A DNA stretch of 64,000 nucleotides. It comes from an uncultured Gemmatimonadaceae bacterium. GTDB taxonomy: Bacteria > Gemmatimonadota > Gemmatimonadetes > Gemmatimonadales > Gemmatimonadaceae. The notes under the pieces were generated by a model. That model searched no databases and was not told the DNA's origin. It worked only from the letters and a program-made list of their open reading frames with translations. The DNA is taken from contig CAVXGK010000001.1 in the NCBI GenBank assembly GCA_963761305.1, positions 224,001 through 288,000 of the forward strand, in the 5' to 3' direction. Shown piece by piece: positions 1 to 9,992 of the stretch (the first letter of the stretch is position 1; the number at the start of each line of letters is the position of its first letter). The translations under genes were made by a program, and so were the position numbers.

Positions 1-33
1 CCCGACTCGCGTCTCCCGCTCGCATTTCAGGAC

Positions 34-1278
34 ATGTCCTTTTTCCAAGCCGTCCGCCTCGCGTGGGAAACGATCCGCGTGCAGAAGCTCAAGAGCTTCT
101 TCACGGTGATCGGCGTGACTATCGGCGTGACGTTCCTGATCGCCGTCGTCTCGATCGTTGGCGGGATGGGTCGGTACATGAAGGACGACCTCATCGGCAA
201 ACTGATCGCCATCAATTCGTTCAATCTGCGCAAGCAGCCGGACATTCAGCTGGGCGACGTAACGCAGGACGAACGCCGCGAGTGGCGGCGGCGGCCGCAG
301 ATTCTCGACTCCGATGTGCCGGCGGTGGCCGCGGCGTTGGCGCCGGACGTGCTTTGGGCAGTGGAAAGCGGAACCAACCTGAACGTCGAGTCGGCCTACG
401 GGTCGCCGCGCAACACTCAGTGTTCGACGGTCACGCCGGACTGGTTCTCGATCAAGAAGATGGGCGTGTCGCAAGGGCGCCCGATCGCGACCCAGGAATA
501 CCAGCTGGGATCGCCGGTCGTGATCATCGGGCAGGACGTCGCCGACCATTTCTTCCCAAACCTGAACCCGATCGGCCGCGCCGTTCGGATCCAGGGCATT
601 CCCTACACCGTCGTCGGGGTCGCCGAGAAACAGGGCAGTGTGTTCGGAATGTCGCTCGACAAGTTCCTGATCGCGCCTGAACGCGCTGCGCTCAATCGGT
701 GGGTGAATCCGCACGGCGTGATCGACGAGATGATCATCCAGGGCCCGAGCGAGGAAGGGATGCGCGAAGCGATGGAGGCCGCGCGCGCCGTCATGCGGGC
801 GCGCCACCACCTCCATCCGTCGCAGAAGGACAACTTCGCGCTGGAGACGTCGGACTCGGCGCTCGAATTTTGGAACAAGCTGCAGAGCTACCTGATCATC
901 GCCGGCATCGCGTTGCCGACCGTGGGCCTCGTGGTCGGCGCGATCGTGATCATGAACATCATGCTCGTGGCGGTCGCCGAGCGCACGCGTGAGATCGGCA
1001 TTCGGAAATCGCTGGGCGCGCGCCGGCGTGACATCCTCAACCAGTTTCTCGTCGAGTCGGCCACGCTCTCCACCATCGGCGCCGCGCTCGGCGTGGCGCT
1101 CGGCATTGGGTTCGCCAAGGCGCTCGCGGCGATCTCGCCGCTGCCGGCAGCCGTCGAAGTCTGGTCGATCTTCGTCGGTGTTGGCGTCGGCGCCGGTGTG
1201 GGCCTCTTGGCCGGCGTCTATCCGGCGAGCCGCGCGGCGATGCTCGATCCGATCGCCGCCATGCGGCAGGAAACCTGA
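34..1278 (+). CDS. ABC transporter permease, MacB/FtsX family
   Basis: N-terminal TM segment, periplasmic domain, C-terminal 'IMNIMLVAVAERTREIGIRKSLGA' and 'YPASRAAMLDPI' FtsX motifs. Confidence 0.93.
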   Translation: MSFFQAVRLAWETIRVQKLKSFFTVIGVTIGVTFLIAVVSIVGGMGRYMKDDLIGKLIAINSFNLRKQPDIQLGDVTQDERREWRRRPQILDSDVPAVAAALAPDVLWAVESGTNLNVESAYGSPRNTQCSTVTPDWFSIKKMGVSQGRPIATQEYQLGSPVVIIGQDVADHFFPNLNPIGRAVRIQGIPYTVVGVAEKQGSVFGMSLDKFLIAPERAALNRWVNPHGVIDEMIIQGPSEEGMREAMEAARAVMRARHHLHPSQKDNFALETSDSALEFWNKLQSYLIIAGIALPTVGLVVGAIVIMNIMLVAVAERTREIGIRKSLGARRRDILNQFLVESATLSTIGAALGVALGIGFAKALAAISPLPAAVEVWSIFVGVGVGAGVGLLAGVYPASRAAMLDPIAAMRQET

Positions 1279-2534
1279 TGTCGACTCTGGGCGTGCGGGT
1301 CCTCAGCCTGTTCGAGGGAGTCGGCATCGCACTCGACTCGCTCAGGTCGAACCGTGTCCGTGCCGCGCTGACGATTCTCGGCGTGGCGGTGGGCGTGTTC
1401 GTCGTCGTTGTGATTTCGGCGGCCATCCACGGGATCAACGAGAGCGTCGCGCGCGACTTCGAGAAGGCGGGGCCCAAGACGTTCTTCCTGTCGCGCTACC
1501 CGATCTCGTTCGAGGCGTGCGACGGGACCAGCGACACGTGCAAATGGCTCCACAATCCGCACTTCAATCCCACCGACGCGCGCATGCTCAACACGCTGCC
1601 CAGCGTGCTCGCCGCCGAGGCGCAGCTGGGGTTGAGCAAGGAAGTGCGGTACAACGACCACGTGTTGAGCAGCACGCAGGTCATCGGAGCAACGGCCAAC
1701 TGGACCGTCGTCGACCATGCCGGCGACCTGTATCCGGGTCGCAGCTTCACGGAGGCTGAGGAAGAGAACGGCGCGCGCGTCGTGATCGTGAACGACGAGA
1801 TGGCGACGCGGCTGTTCGGCGAATCCGACGCGCTCGACAAGGTCGTCACGATTGGCGGATCGCCGTTCACAGTGATCGGCGTCTATCACTACGAGGCGAG
1901 CTTTCTCACGGGCGGCAACCGTCCGCGGGCGATCGTGCCCTTCGAGACGGCGTACCGCACGCTGCACGGCGGGATCGGCAACATGGGGATCGCCATCGTG
2001 CCGCGCGACGAGGTGACGCGCGACGAGGCCGAGGACGATGTCATCGCGGCGATGCGCGCCCGCCGCAGCCTGCGCCCCGGCGTGGACAACAATTTCGCCA
2101 TCATCACGCAAGACCAGTTGCTGGACACGTACAACAAGATCTTCGGGATGTTCTTCCTCGTCATGATCGTGCTGTCCGCCATCGGGTTGATGGTCGGCGG
2201 CGTTGGCGTCGTGGCGATCATGATGATCTCGGTCACCGAACGCACGCGAGAGATCGGGGTGCGGAAAGCGCTGGGCGCGACTCGCATGACGATTCTCTGG
2301 CAGTTCCTCGTCGAGGCCGTCACGCTCACGGCCATCGGCGCGGTCATCGGCCTCGTGTTCGGCGGCATCGCGTCGGTGATCATCCGCAGCGCCACGCCGA
2401 TCAAGGCGTCGGTGCCGCCGCTGGCCATCGTCGCGGCGTTGGGTGCGAGCGCGGTCACCGGCGTGCTGTTCGGGATGCTCCCGGCAATGCGCGCGTCGAA
2501 GCTCGACCCGGTCGAAGCGCTCCGCTACGAGTGA
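1278..2534 (+). CDS. ABC transporter permease, MacB/FtsX family (paralog of upstream gene)
   Basis: 'SVTERTREIGVRKALGA' and 'LDPVEALRYE' motifs; ATG overlaps the upstream TGA. Confidence 0.93.
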   Translation: MSTLGVRVLSLFEGVGIALDSLRSNRVRAALTILGVAVGVFVVVVISAAIHGINESVARDFEKAGPKTFFLSRYPISFEACDGTSDTCKWLHNPHFNPTDARMLNTLPSVLAAEAQLGLSKEVRYNDHVLSSTQVIGATANWTVVDHAGDLYPGRSFTEAEEENGARVVIVNDEMATRLFGESDALDKVVTIGGSPFTVIGVYHYEASFLTGGNRPRAIVPFETAYRTLHGGIGNMGIAIVPRDEVTRDEAEDDVIAAMRARRSLRPGVDNNFAIITQDQLLDTYNKIFGMFFLVMIVLSAIGLMVGGVGVVAIMMISVTERTREIGVRKALGATRMTILWQFLVEAVTLTAIGAVIGLVFGGIASVIIRSATPIKASVPPLAIVAALGASAVTGVLFGMLPAMRASKLDPVEALRYE

Positions 2535-2570
2535 GCGAGGGGGCGGGAAAGGCGCAGTAGATTTCCCGCC

Positions 2571-3311
2571 ATGCCTCCCGCCCCATCTTCCGACGAGCAC
2601 GTCGATCTGCTCGCGATCGCCGCGCACCGCGACGATTGCGAGCTGACCTGCGGCGGCACGCTGGCCCGCGCAGTGCGACAGGGACGCCGCGTGGGCATTC
2701 TCGATCTCACGCAGGGCGAGATGGGCACGCGCGGTTCGGCCGAGGTGCGCGCCGACGAGGCGATGCGCGCGGCGAAGGTACTGGGCGTGACCGTGCGCGA
2801 GAATCTCGGCCTCCCCGATGCCGGGATCCTCAACGATCCGCCGACGCGCGAGAAGCTCGCGCGCGCCATTCGCCGGCTCCGTCCGCGCGTCGTGATCGCG
2901 CCGGCGATGGACGGCCGGCATCCGGATCACCACGTGTCGGCGCAGCTCGTGCGCGACGCGTGCTTCATTGCCGGTTTGGCCAAGGTCGCGCCCGACGTGC
3001 CCAAGCACCGGCCGCTCAAGATCCTCCACTGCCTCGCGTACCGGCAGGACTTCATTCGGCCGTCGTTCGTCGTCGACGTGTCCGACGTGTTCGAGCTGAA
3101 GATGGAGGCGATTCGCTGCTACAAGTCGCAGTTCGAGGGCGAGACGCAGGCCGGCGAGGTGTATCCGAGCGGCGAGCCGTTGGAGGACGTGGTCCGCCAC
3201 TACGGCGCCTATTACGGAACGCTCATCCGGCGGCGCTACGGCGAGCCGTACTACACGACCGAGATCGTGGCGGTGGACGACGTGGTCTCGCTCGAGGTGT
3301 CGACCTTTTGA
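2571..3311 (+). CDS. bshB1: Bacillithiol biosynthesis deacetylase BshB1 (PIG-L/LmbE family)
   Basis: 'AHRDDCELTCGGTL', 'DLTQGEMGTRGS' and 'RHPDH' motifs. Confidence 0.85.
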   Translation: MPPAPSSDEHVDLLAIAAHRDDCELTCGGTLARAVRQGRRVGILDLTQGEMGTRGSAEVRADEAMRAAKVLGVTVRENLGLPDAGILNDPPTREKLARAIRRLRPRVVIAPAMDGRHPDHHVSAQLVRDACFIAGLAKVAPDVPKHRPLKILHCLAYRQDFIRPSFVVDVSDVFELKMEAIRCYKSQFEGETQAGEVYPSGEPLEDVVRHYGAYYGTLIRRRYGEPYYTTEIVAVDDVVSLEVSTF

Positions 3312-4045
3312 GCGAGGTCAACTACCAGTCGTATCTCTCGCTCGGTGAGCTGCTGTCGCTGCAGCACCCGCGTTCGTCGCCCGAACATCCCGACGAGATG
3401 TTGTTCATCGTCGTGCACCAGGCGAGCGAGCTGTGGTTCAAAGCGATCCTGCACGACCTCGACGGCCTGATCGACTCGCTCACCAAACGCGACGCCGGAC
3501 AAACGCTGTGGCACGTCCAGCGACTCAACGTGCTCGTGCGAATCGTCTCGGCGCAGCTGTCGTCGCTCGAGACGCTCCCGCCGCAGCACTTCGCGCAGTT
3601 CCGCGAGTTTCTCGGCACGTCGAGCGGCGCGCAGAGCGTCCAGTTTCGCGCCATCGAAGCGGCGTCGGGGCTCCGCGACCCGCACTTCATGCACGCGCTC
3701 GAAGAGCACGGCCCGATTCCCGATCTCGTGCGTCGCGCGCTCGAGCGACGCACGCTCCAGGATCTCTTTCTCGAGCTGGTCGAGGCCAACGGCACCACGA
3801 TCGAGAACCTTTACCTGGGCCCCGGTCCGTCGATGCTGTTCTTCGTGGCCGAGGCGTTGCTGGAATACGAGCAGCAGTTCGCACAGTGGCGGTTCAAGCA
3901 CGTCCAGCTCGTCGAGCGCGTGCTTGGCCCGCAGACCGGCGGAACCGGCGGCACCCTCGGTTCGCGGTACCTGATGCGAACGATCGACCAACGCTTTTTT
4001 CCACGCCTCTGGGAGGTCCGCGCACGGTTCTTTGGCGGGACCTGA
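3308..4045 (+). CDS. kynA: Tryptophan 2,3-dioxygenase family protein
   Basis: 'YQSYLSLGELLSLQ', 'FIVVHQASELWFK', 'SSGAQSVQFR', 'GGTGGTLGSRYL'; TTG start at 3308 overlaps the bshB1 stop (TTGA). Confidence 0.88.
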   Translation: MSEVNYQSYLSLGELLSLQHPRSSPEHPDEMLFIVVHQASELWFKAILHDLDGLIDSLTKRDAGQTLWHVQRLNVLVRIVSAQLSSLETLPPQHFAQFREFLGTSSGAQSVQFRAIEAASGLRDPHFMHALEEHGPIPDLVRRALERRTLQDLFLELVEANGTTIENLYLGPGPSMLFFVAEALLEYEQQFAQWRFKHVQLVERVLGPQTGGTGGTLGSRYLMRTIDQRFFPRLWEVRARFFGGT

Positions 4046-4066
4046 ATCGAGACGTATATTGTTGCC

Positions 4067-5236
4067 ATGGCAGAACCTATCTATCTCGACCACGCTGCCA
4101 CGACCCCGGTCCGCGCCGAGGTGCTCGAGGCCATGCTGCCGTTCTTCGGGGCGCGGTTCGGGAACCCGTCCAGCGTGCACCGCTGGGGTCGCGACGCCCG
4201 CACCGCGCTCGACGAGGCTCGGGAGCGGGTCGCTCATTGTCTTGGCGCCCAGCCCGATGAGATCTGCTTCACGTCAGGCGGCACCGAGGCCGACAATTTC
4301 GCCATTCTGGGCACCTGGCGCGCGCTGCACAGCGAGCGTCGAAACACGGTCGTAACCTCACCCATCGAGCACAAGGCGGTGATCGGCGCCGCACATCAAG
4401 CCGCGCACGAAGGGGCCGAGGAGCGACAGTGCGCCATGCTGCCGGTCGGCGTCGTCGACACGGCATCGTTCACGGCGATGGTCCGCGACGACACCACGAT
4501 CGCCAGCGTGATGTGGGTGAACAACGAGATCGGCACCATCCAGCCCGTCGCCGAGTTGGCCGCTCACGCCAAGAGCGTCGGCGCGATCTTCCACACCGAC
4601 GCCGTGCAGGCGTTCGGCAAGATCGCCATCGACGCGTCGGCGATTCCGTTCGACTTGGCGTCCGTCTCAGGTCATAAAATCGGGGCACCGAAGGGCATCG
4701 GCGCGATGTTCATTCGCCGCGGCATCGGCATCGAGCCGCTGTTGCACGGCGGCACGCAGGATCGTGGACGCCGCGCCGGCACCGAGAACATCGCGTCGAT
4801 CATCGGCTTTGCGCGCGCCGCCGAGCTGGCGGTCGCCGAGCGCGAAGAGGAGTGGCGCCGTCTCGAGTGTCTGCGCGACAAGCTTGAGCAGGCGATCCTC
4901 GCCCGCATTCCAGAGGCGGTCATCCACGGACGCGGTGCACCGCAGCGCGCGCCGCACATCGTGAACGTCTCCGTACCGGGCACCGACAGCGAGTCGATGC
5001 TCATGGCGCTCGACCTGCGCGGCATCGCCTGTTCGGCTGGGTCGGCGTGTCAGAGCGGGAGCGTGAATGCGTCGCACGTGCTCGAGGCGATCGGCGTTCG
5101 CCCGGAGCTCGGGAACGCGGCGGTTCGGATGAGCCTCGGTTCGCTCACCACCGACGCGCAGATCGATCGCGTGGCCGAGGTCTACCCCGCTCTCGTCACT
5201 AAGGCGCGCGGCATGTCCGCGGCCGCCGCCGACTGA
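4067..5236 (+). CDS. iscS: Cysteine desulfurase (IscS/NifS family)
   Basis: 'YLDHAATTP', PLP lysine motif 'SGHKIGAPKG', catalytic 'SAGSAC'; adjacent to mnmA. Confidence 0.9.
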   Translation: MAEPIYLDHAATTPVRAEVLEAMLPFFGARFGNPSSVHRWGRDARTALDEARERVAHCLGAQPDEICFTSGGTEADNFAILGTWRALHSERRNTVVTSPIEHKAVIGAAHQAAHEGAEERQCAMLPVGVVDTASFTAMVRDDTTIASVMWVNNEIGTIQPVAELAAHAKSVGAIFHTDAVQAFGKIAIDASAIPFDLASVSGHKIGAPKGIGAMFIRRGIGIEPLLHGGTQDRGRRAGTENIASIIGFARAAELAVAEREEEWRRLECLRDKLEQAILARIPEAVIHGRGAPQRAPHIVNVSVPGTDSESMLMALDLRGIACSAGSACQSGSVNASHVLEAIGVRPELGNAAVRMSLGSLTTDAQIDRVAEVYPALVTKARGMSAAAAD

Positions 5237-5241
5237 CGCCG

Positions 5242-6384
5242 ATGGCCGCCGTCCGCAGTTCCGGTCCACCGGTCAACCGGTCCACCGGTCAACCCGACCG
5301 CGTCCTCGTCGCCATGTCCGGCGGCGTCGACTCGTCGGTCGCCGCTGCGCTCCTCGTCGAGCAGGGCTACGACGTCGTCGGCGCGACGATGAAGCTCTTC
5401 TGCCACGACGGCGATCTTCCCGATCGCCCGTGCTGCTCGCTCGACTCGGTGAACGACGCGCGGCGCGTGTGCCACGCGCTCGGCGTTCCGCACTACGTGC
5501 TGAACCTCGAGAGCGCGTTCGGCCGCGACGTCGTCGACGACTTCGTCGACGAATACTCGCGCGGGCGCACGCCGATTCCCTGCGTCCGCTGCAACACGTT
5601 CACGAAGTTCCGCGATCTGGTGACGAAGGCCGACGCGATCGATGCGCGCTGGATCGCGACAGGACACTATGCGCGCGTGATCGACGGCGTGATGCACCGC
5701 GGACTCGATCCGGCGAAGGACCAGTCGTACTTCCTCTGGGGAATCAATCGCGCGGTGCTGTCGCGGATGATTCTCCCCGTCGGATCGCAGACCAAGCCCG
5801 AGACGCGCGCCGTCGCGCATCGTCTGGGACTCGAGGTCGTCGCCGAAAAGACGGAGAGCCAGGACATCTGCTTCGTTCCCGACGGCGATCACACGAAGAT
5901 CATCCGCAGCCGCCTCGGCGACGACGCGCCGGCGTTGTCGCGTGGGCCATTCGTGCTCTCAAATGGCGAAGTCGCCGGCATGCACGAGGGCTTCGCGCGT
6001 TTCACGATCGGCCAGCGCCGCGGACTGCCCGGCGGATTTCGCGAGCCGATGTTCGTCGTCGAGATTCGCCCCAACGATCGCGCCGTCGTGATCGGCCCGC
6101 GCGAGGAGCTCCTTGGCCGCGGCGTAATCGCGCGCTCGATGAACTGGCTCGTCGATGCGCCGGACGTGGGTGCGCGCGTTCAGATTCAAGTGCGCCATCG
6201 CGCCACGCCGGCGCACGCCGAGATCGTGCGTCTCGACGCCGGCGAGATCGAGCTCGCGCTCGACGAGCCGGTCTCCGCGATCACGCCAGGACAGTCGCTC
6301 GTGCTTTACGACGGCGCGCGCGTCCTCGGCGGCGGGTTCATCGAGCGATCGGCGAAGCGCTCACTCCCAGTCCGCGCCGCCTAG
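5242..6384 (+). CDS. mnmA: tRNA 2-thiouridine(34) synthase MnmA
   Basis: 'AMSGGVDSSVAA', 'PCVRCN', 'ATGHYA', 'KDQSYFL', 'ESQDICF', 'TPGQ' motifs; N-terminus contains octamer repeats. Confidence 0.95.
   Translation: MAAVRSSGPPVNRSTGQPDRVLVAMSGGVDSSVAAALLVEQGYDVVGATMKLFCHDGDLPDRPCCSLDSVNDARRVCHALGVPHYVLNLESAFGRDVVDDFVDEYSRGRTPIPCVRCNTFTKFRDLVTKADAIDARWIATGHYARVIDGVMHRGLDPAKDQSYFLWGINRAVLSRMILPVGSQTKPETRAVAHRLGLEVVAEKTESQDICFVPDGDHTKIIRSRLGDDAPALSRGPFVLSNGEVAGMHEGFARFTIGQRRGLPGGFREPMFVVEIRPNDRAVVIGPREELLGRGVIARSMNWLVDAPDVGARVQIQVRHRATPAHAEIVRLDAGEIELALDEPVSAITPGQSLVLYDGARVLGGGFIERSAKRSLPVRAA
5261..5294. repeat. Octamer tandem repeat (CCGGTCMA x4) within the mnmA 5' end
   Basis: ccggtcca ccggtcaa ccggtcca ccggtcaa read directly. 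Confidence 0.85.
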
Positions 6385-7530
6385 CTAATACTTTAGGCCG
6401 CCGGCGTTGGCGAACTCGCGCATCGCCTTCTCCTGCTCTTCGGTGAGCTTCTCCGGTACGCTCACCTGCACTTCGATGATCAGGTCGCCCGTCGTGCCCT
6501 CGCGCGTGATGCCCTGACCGCGCACGCGGAATCGCTTTCCCGCCGGCGTGCCGGGCGGAATCTTGATCGCGACTTTCTTTCCGTCGAGCGTCTTCACGCT
6601 GATCTTCGAGCCGAGCGTCGCCTGCGCGATGTTGATCGGCACCGGCGCGAGGACGTCGAGTCCTTCACGGCGAAAGAAACGATCGGGTTCGACCTGGAAG
6701 GTGATGAGCAGGTCGCCCGCGGGACCGTTGCGCTGACCGCGGCCGCCCTGCCCCTTGAGTCGAATCTTCGTCCCCGTGTCGACGCCCGGCGCGACGGTGA
6801 TCATGACCTTCTTGCGCGTTCGCACCTCACCGGCGCCGTTGCACGTCGGGCATCGCTCGCTCGGCACGGTGCCTTTGCCGAGGCACATCGGACACGGACG
6901 CTGAACGGCGAAACCTCCCTGTCCGAACGAGATCGTTCCGCGGCCCTGGCATTCGGGACACATCTGAATTTTGGCGCCCGGTGCGGCACCCGAGCCGTGA
7001 CACGTCTGGCACTCCTCGTTCACCTCGAGCTCGATCGGCACCTTGCCGCCGAGCGCGGCGACGCGAAACGGAATGCTGAGCTGTGATTCGATGTCCTGGC
7101 CGCGCTCCGGACCGCGCGCCTTCTGCCCGCGTGCAGCTCCGCCGAACATTGAGCTGAACAGATCTCCAATCCCGCCGATGCCGACGTCGTTGAAGTCCTC
7201 GAACCTGAACGAGCCGCTGGCGAATGGGTTCTGTGCTCCCGCTCCGCCGGCACCCGGCGGGGGTCCGCCGGGACGCCGCTGGCCGCCGCTCCGGAACGCG
7301 TCGAACGCGCCGAGCGACCGCATGGTGTCGTACTGTTTCCGCTTCTCGGCGTCCCCCAGGACCGTATACGCCTCGGAGATTTCCTTGAAGCGGTCGGCGG
7401 CCTTGGGGTCGCTGGGGTTTTTATCGGGGTGATGCTTCGCGGCGAGTTTGCGGTACTGCTTTTTGATCTCGTCCTGCGATGCCGACGCCTGAACTCCCAG
7501 GACCGAGTAGTAGTCCTTCGTCTGAGCCAT
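6385..7530 (-). CDS. dnaJ: Molecular chaperone DnaJ
   Basis: J-domain with HPD, G/F-rich region, four CxxCxGxG zinc-finger repeats. Confidence 0.96.
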   Translation of the reverse strand: MAQTKDYYSVLGVQASASQDEIKKQYRKLAAKHHPDKNPSDPKAADRFKEISEAYTVLGDAEKRKQYDTMRSLGAFDAFRSGGQRRPGGPPPGAGGAGAQNPFASGSFRFEDFNDVGIGGIGDLFSSMFGGAARGQKARGPERGQDIESQLSIPFRVAALGGKVPIELEVNEECQTCHGSGAAPGAKIQMCPECQGRGTISFGQGGFAVQRPCPMCLGKGTVPSERCPTCNGAGEVRTRKKVMITVAPGVDTGTKIRLKGQGGRGQRNGPAGDLLITFQVEPDRFFRREGLDVLAPVPINIAQATLGSKISVKTLDGKKVAIKIPPGTPAGKRFRVRGQGITREGTTGDLIIEVQVSVPEKLTEEQEKAMREFANAGGLKY

Positions 7531-7545
7531 GGAATCAGTACGTGC

Positions 7546-8190
7546 TCAGCCGTTCCACTGCTTCACGACGACGCGTGCCGGCCGCAGGAGCTGCCCGTTG
7601 AACAGGTAGCCGACTTGGAACACGCGGGACACGACGTGGTCGTCTTCGGGCGAGAGGGCTGGTTCGGTCACCACGGCCTCGTGGAGCGCCGGGTCGAACG
7701 TCTGATCGACGGGGTTGATCTGTTGGAGTCCCGCCGCGCCGAGCGATTTGAGGAATTTCCGCTCGACCATCTCGACGCCCTGGGCAAGGGTCACCGGATC
7801 GACTGTGGCGGGATCGACGTGCGCGAAGCGTCCGAGATCGTCGAGCGCGTCGATGAGATGCTTGGTGAGATCGGCCTGGGCGCGGCTCGTCAGCTCCCCA
7901 CGCTCGCGCGCGGTTCGCTTGCGGTAGTTGTCGTATTCGGCGGCGAGGCGGAGGTACTTGTCGCGCTCAGCCGACAGCTCGCGCTGGACGTCGCCGCCCG
8001 CGACGACGGATGGCGCGTCTGTCCCGTCGGAGTCGGCTGCATCGGGTTCGAACGGCTCACCGGAGTCGCCGGAGGATGGCAAATCGGCGATCTCGTCTGC
8101 CGGACTGGCCCCCCGTGCGTCACCGTCAGCTTGCCGGCCGCCACCATCGGAGGGAGACGATCCGGCCTCGGGCTTTTTCGGTTGCTTCAT
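7546..8190 (-). CDS. grpE: Nucleotide exchange factor GrpE
   Basis: 'YLRLAAEYDNYRKR', 'FDPALHEAV', 'GYLFNGQLLRPARVVV'. Confidence 0.95.
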   Translation of the reverse strand: MKQPKKPEAGSSPSDGGGRQADGDARGASPADEIADLPSSGDSGEPFEPDAADSDGTDAPSVVAGGDVQRELSAERDKYLRLAAEYDNYRKRTARERGELTSRAQADLTKHLIDALDDLGRFAHVDPATVDPVTLAQGVEMVERKFLKSLGAAGLQQINPVDQTFDPALHEAVVTEPALSPEDDHVVSRVFQVGYLFNGQLLRPARVVVKQWNG

Positions 8191-8222
8191 CGTCCTGAAT
8201 GTTCGCGGTACAGGGTGCGGGG

Positions 8223-8238
8223 TGCAACGGGCATACCT
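8223..8238 (-). promoter_or_regulatory. Possible sigma-54 (-24/-12) promoter upstream of grpE-dnaJ
   Basis: Minus strand AGGTATG-CCCG-TTGCA has GG-N10-GC spacing, ~33 nt before the grpE ATG; first base deviates from the TGG consensus. Confidence 0.3.
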
Positions 8239-8337
8239 TGCATCGCTGCCGGAACGGCAGCGGGCGCCCTAGCCCAGCGACACGGCTGGCCCTAGGCTCA
8301 GTGTCCCAGGCGATTCATCCAATCGGAGGGCGTCATC

Positions 8338-8667
8338 ATGGCCGGCCATCTGCTGCAAATCAATTTCACCCTTACCGTCCCGATCGATCAGTACGAGAGT
8401 GCGGTCGAACACGGATCACACGCGATCGCGGCAGTGACTGGGCTGCGTTGGAAGATCTGGATCGTCAACGCCGAGACGCAGGAAGGCGGCGGGTTCTACT
8501 GCTTCGAAAGCCGTGAGGCGGCCGATGCGTATGTCGACGGACCAATCGTCGCGAGACTGAAAACGGCGCCATTCGCTCACAACGTGAGCATCAAGCACTT
8601 CGACTATCTCGAAAGCGCGACCGCGGTAACCCGCGGCCCCGTCGGCGCGGCGCTGCAAGCCGTCTAA
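8338..8667 (+). CDS. YdhR-family putative monooxygenase
   Basis: 'GLRWKIWIVNAETQEGGGFYCFES' typical of YdhR; GGAGG RBS upstream. Confidence 0.8.
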   Translation: MAGHLLQINFTLTVPIDQYESAVEHGSHAIAAVTGLRWKIWIVNAETQEGGGFYCFESREAADAYVDGPIVARLKTAPFAHNVSIKHFDYLESATAVTRGPVGAALQAV

Positions 8668-9992
8668 CGCGTCGAGGCGCCGAGTGCTTCGTCGATCGGC
8701 GCCGTCGACGTCGAGAGCAGCCGACCTCGTAGAAGATCCAGCGTCCACTGCGCCGCGCGGTCGCGGATCTCGTTGCGATCGCCCCAGAGGCGATGCAGCC
8801 GAGTCGTGACGTCTCCGTCGATATCGGCGGCGAGCCAGACCGTGCCAACGGGTTTCTCGGGAGATCCGCCCGACGGTCCGGCGACTCCGGTGATCGCGAG
8901 ACCGACGCGCGCTCCGATGACGCGGCGCGCGCCCGCCGCCATCTCGCGCACGACTTCTTCGCTCACCGCGCCGTGTGCCGCGAGCGATGTGTCGCTCACA
9001 CCGAGCAGATCGCGCTTCACATCGTTGTGATACGCGATCACGCCGCCCAGCACGACGTCGCTCGAACCGGGAACCGCCGTGAGTCGGCCGCCGAGCAGCC
9101 CGCCCGTGCAACTCTCGGCGACGGCGATCGTGAGACCGCGCGAGCGGCACAGTTGCAACACGACGGCCGCAAGGTCTTCGTCGTTCTCACCGTAGATCCA
9201 TTCGCCCGCGCGCTCGCGCAGTCGCGCGGCGGCGCGCTCGATCGTGTCGACGGCGACTCGTTCCGGCACGTCCCGAATCGTGATGCGCAGGTCGACGCCG
9301 GCGATCGACGGCAGATACGCGAGGTCGAGGCCCAGTGGTCCGCCGTCCATCGAATCGATCTTGTCGGCGAGCAGCGACTCGGCGATTCCGGTCGTCCGCA
9401 GCGTGAGCGAGCGAACGACCGTCCCGGCGGTGATGCGCGCTGCGAGATGCGGCAGCAGCGAATCGGCCAGCATGCCGCGCATCTCGTGCGGCACACCGGG
9501 GAGCATCGCGACCCAGCGTCCGCGTTCGTCCTCGAGCCACACGCCCGGCGCCGAGCCGTGACGGTTCTCGAGCTTCGTCGCACCGGCCGGCAACATTGCT
9601 TGCTGTCGGTTGGCTGCGGGCAGCGGACGATTGAATCGCTTGCGCCAGCGTTCTTCCATCCAACGCAGATGATCTTCGTCGAGTTGCATGCCGCGGCCGA
9701 ACAACTCGGCGATCGACTGCTTCGTGAGATCGTCGGACGTGGGTCCGAGACCGCCCGTCGTGATCACCGCGCCGGTGCGCTCGAGTGCTTCGCCGACGGC
9801 GCGCTGAATCGCCGCGGCGCCGTCGCCGACCGTCGCGCGCCGCACGACGTGCATGCCGATCGACGCGAGTCCTCGCGCGAGATGAGCGGCGTTCGTGTCG
9901 ATCGTGAAGCCGAGCAGCAGCTCGTCGCCGATCGTTACGATCTCGACTGCGGTGCCGTGCAGCGCCTCGGGCGATGCGGCAGCCTCCGTCAT
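8664..9992 (-). CDS. cinA: Competence/damage-inducible protein CinA (MoCF-binding domain + NMN deamidase domain)
   Basis: 'IGDELLLGFTIDTN', 'TGGLGPTSDDLT', 'AVAESCTGG', 'TGVAGPSGG'; start at MTEAAAS overlaps the pgsA stop. Confidence 0.92.
   Translation of the reverse strand: MTEAAASPEALHGTAVEIVTIGDELLLGFTIDTNAAHLARGLASIGMHVVRRATVGDGAAAIQRAVGEALERTGAVITTGGLGPTSDDLTKQSIAELFGRGMQLDEDHLRWMEERWRKRFNRPLPAANRQQAMLPAGATKLENRHGSAPGVWLEDERGRWVAMLPGVPHEMRGMLADSLLPHLAARITAGTVVRSLTLRTTGIAESLLADKIDSMDGGPLGLDLAYLPSIAGVDLRITIRDVPERVAVDTIERAAARLRERAGEWIYGENDEDLAAVVLQLCRSRGLTIAVAESCTGGLLGGRLTAVPGSSDVVLGGVIAYHNDVKRDLLGVSDTSLAAHGAVSEEVVREMAAGARRVIGARVGLAITGVAGPSGGSPEKPVGTVWLAADIDGDVTTRLHRLWGDRNEIRDRAAQWTLDLLRGRLLSTSTAPIDEALGASTR

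Noticed and set aside
8191..8337. CIRCE operator upstream of grpE-dnaJ
   Set aside because: No TTAGCACTC-N9-GAGTGCTAA match on either strand.
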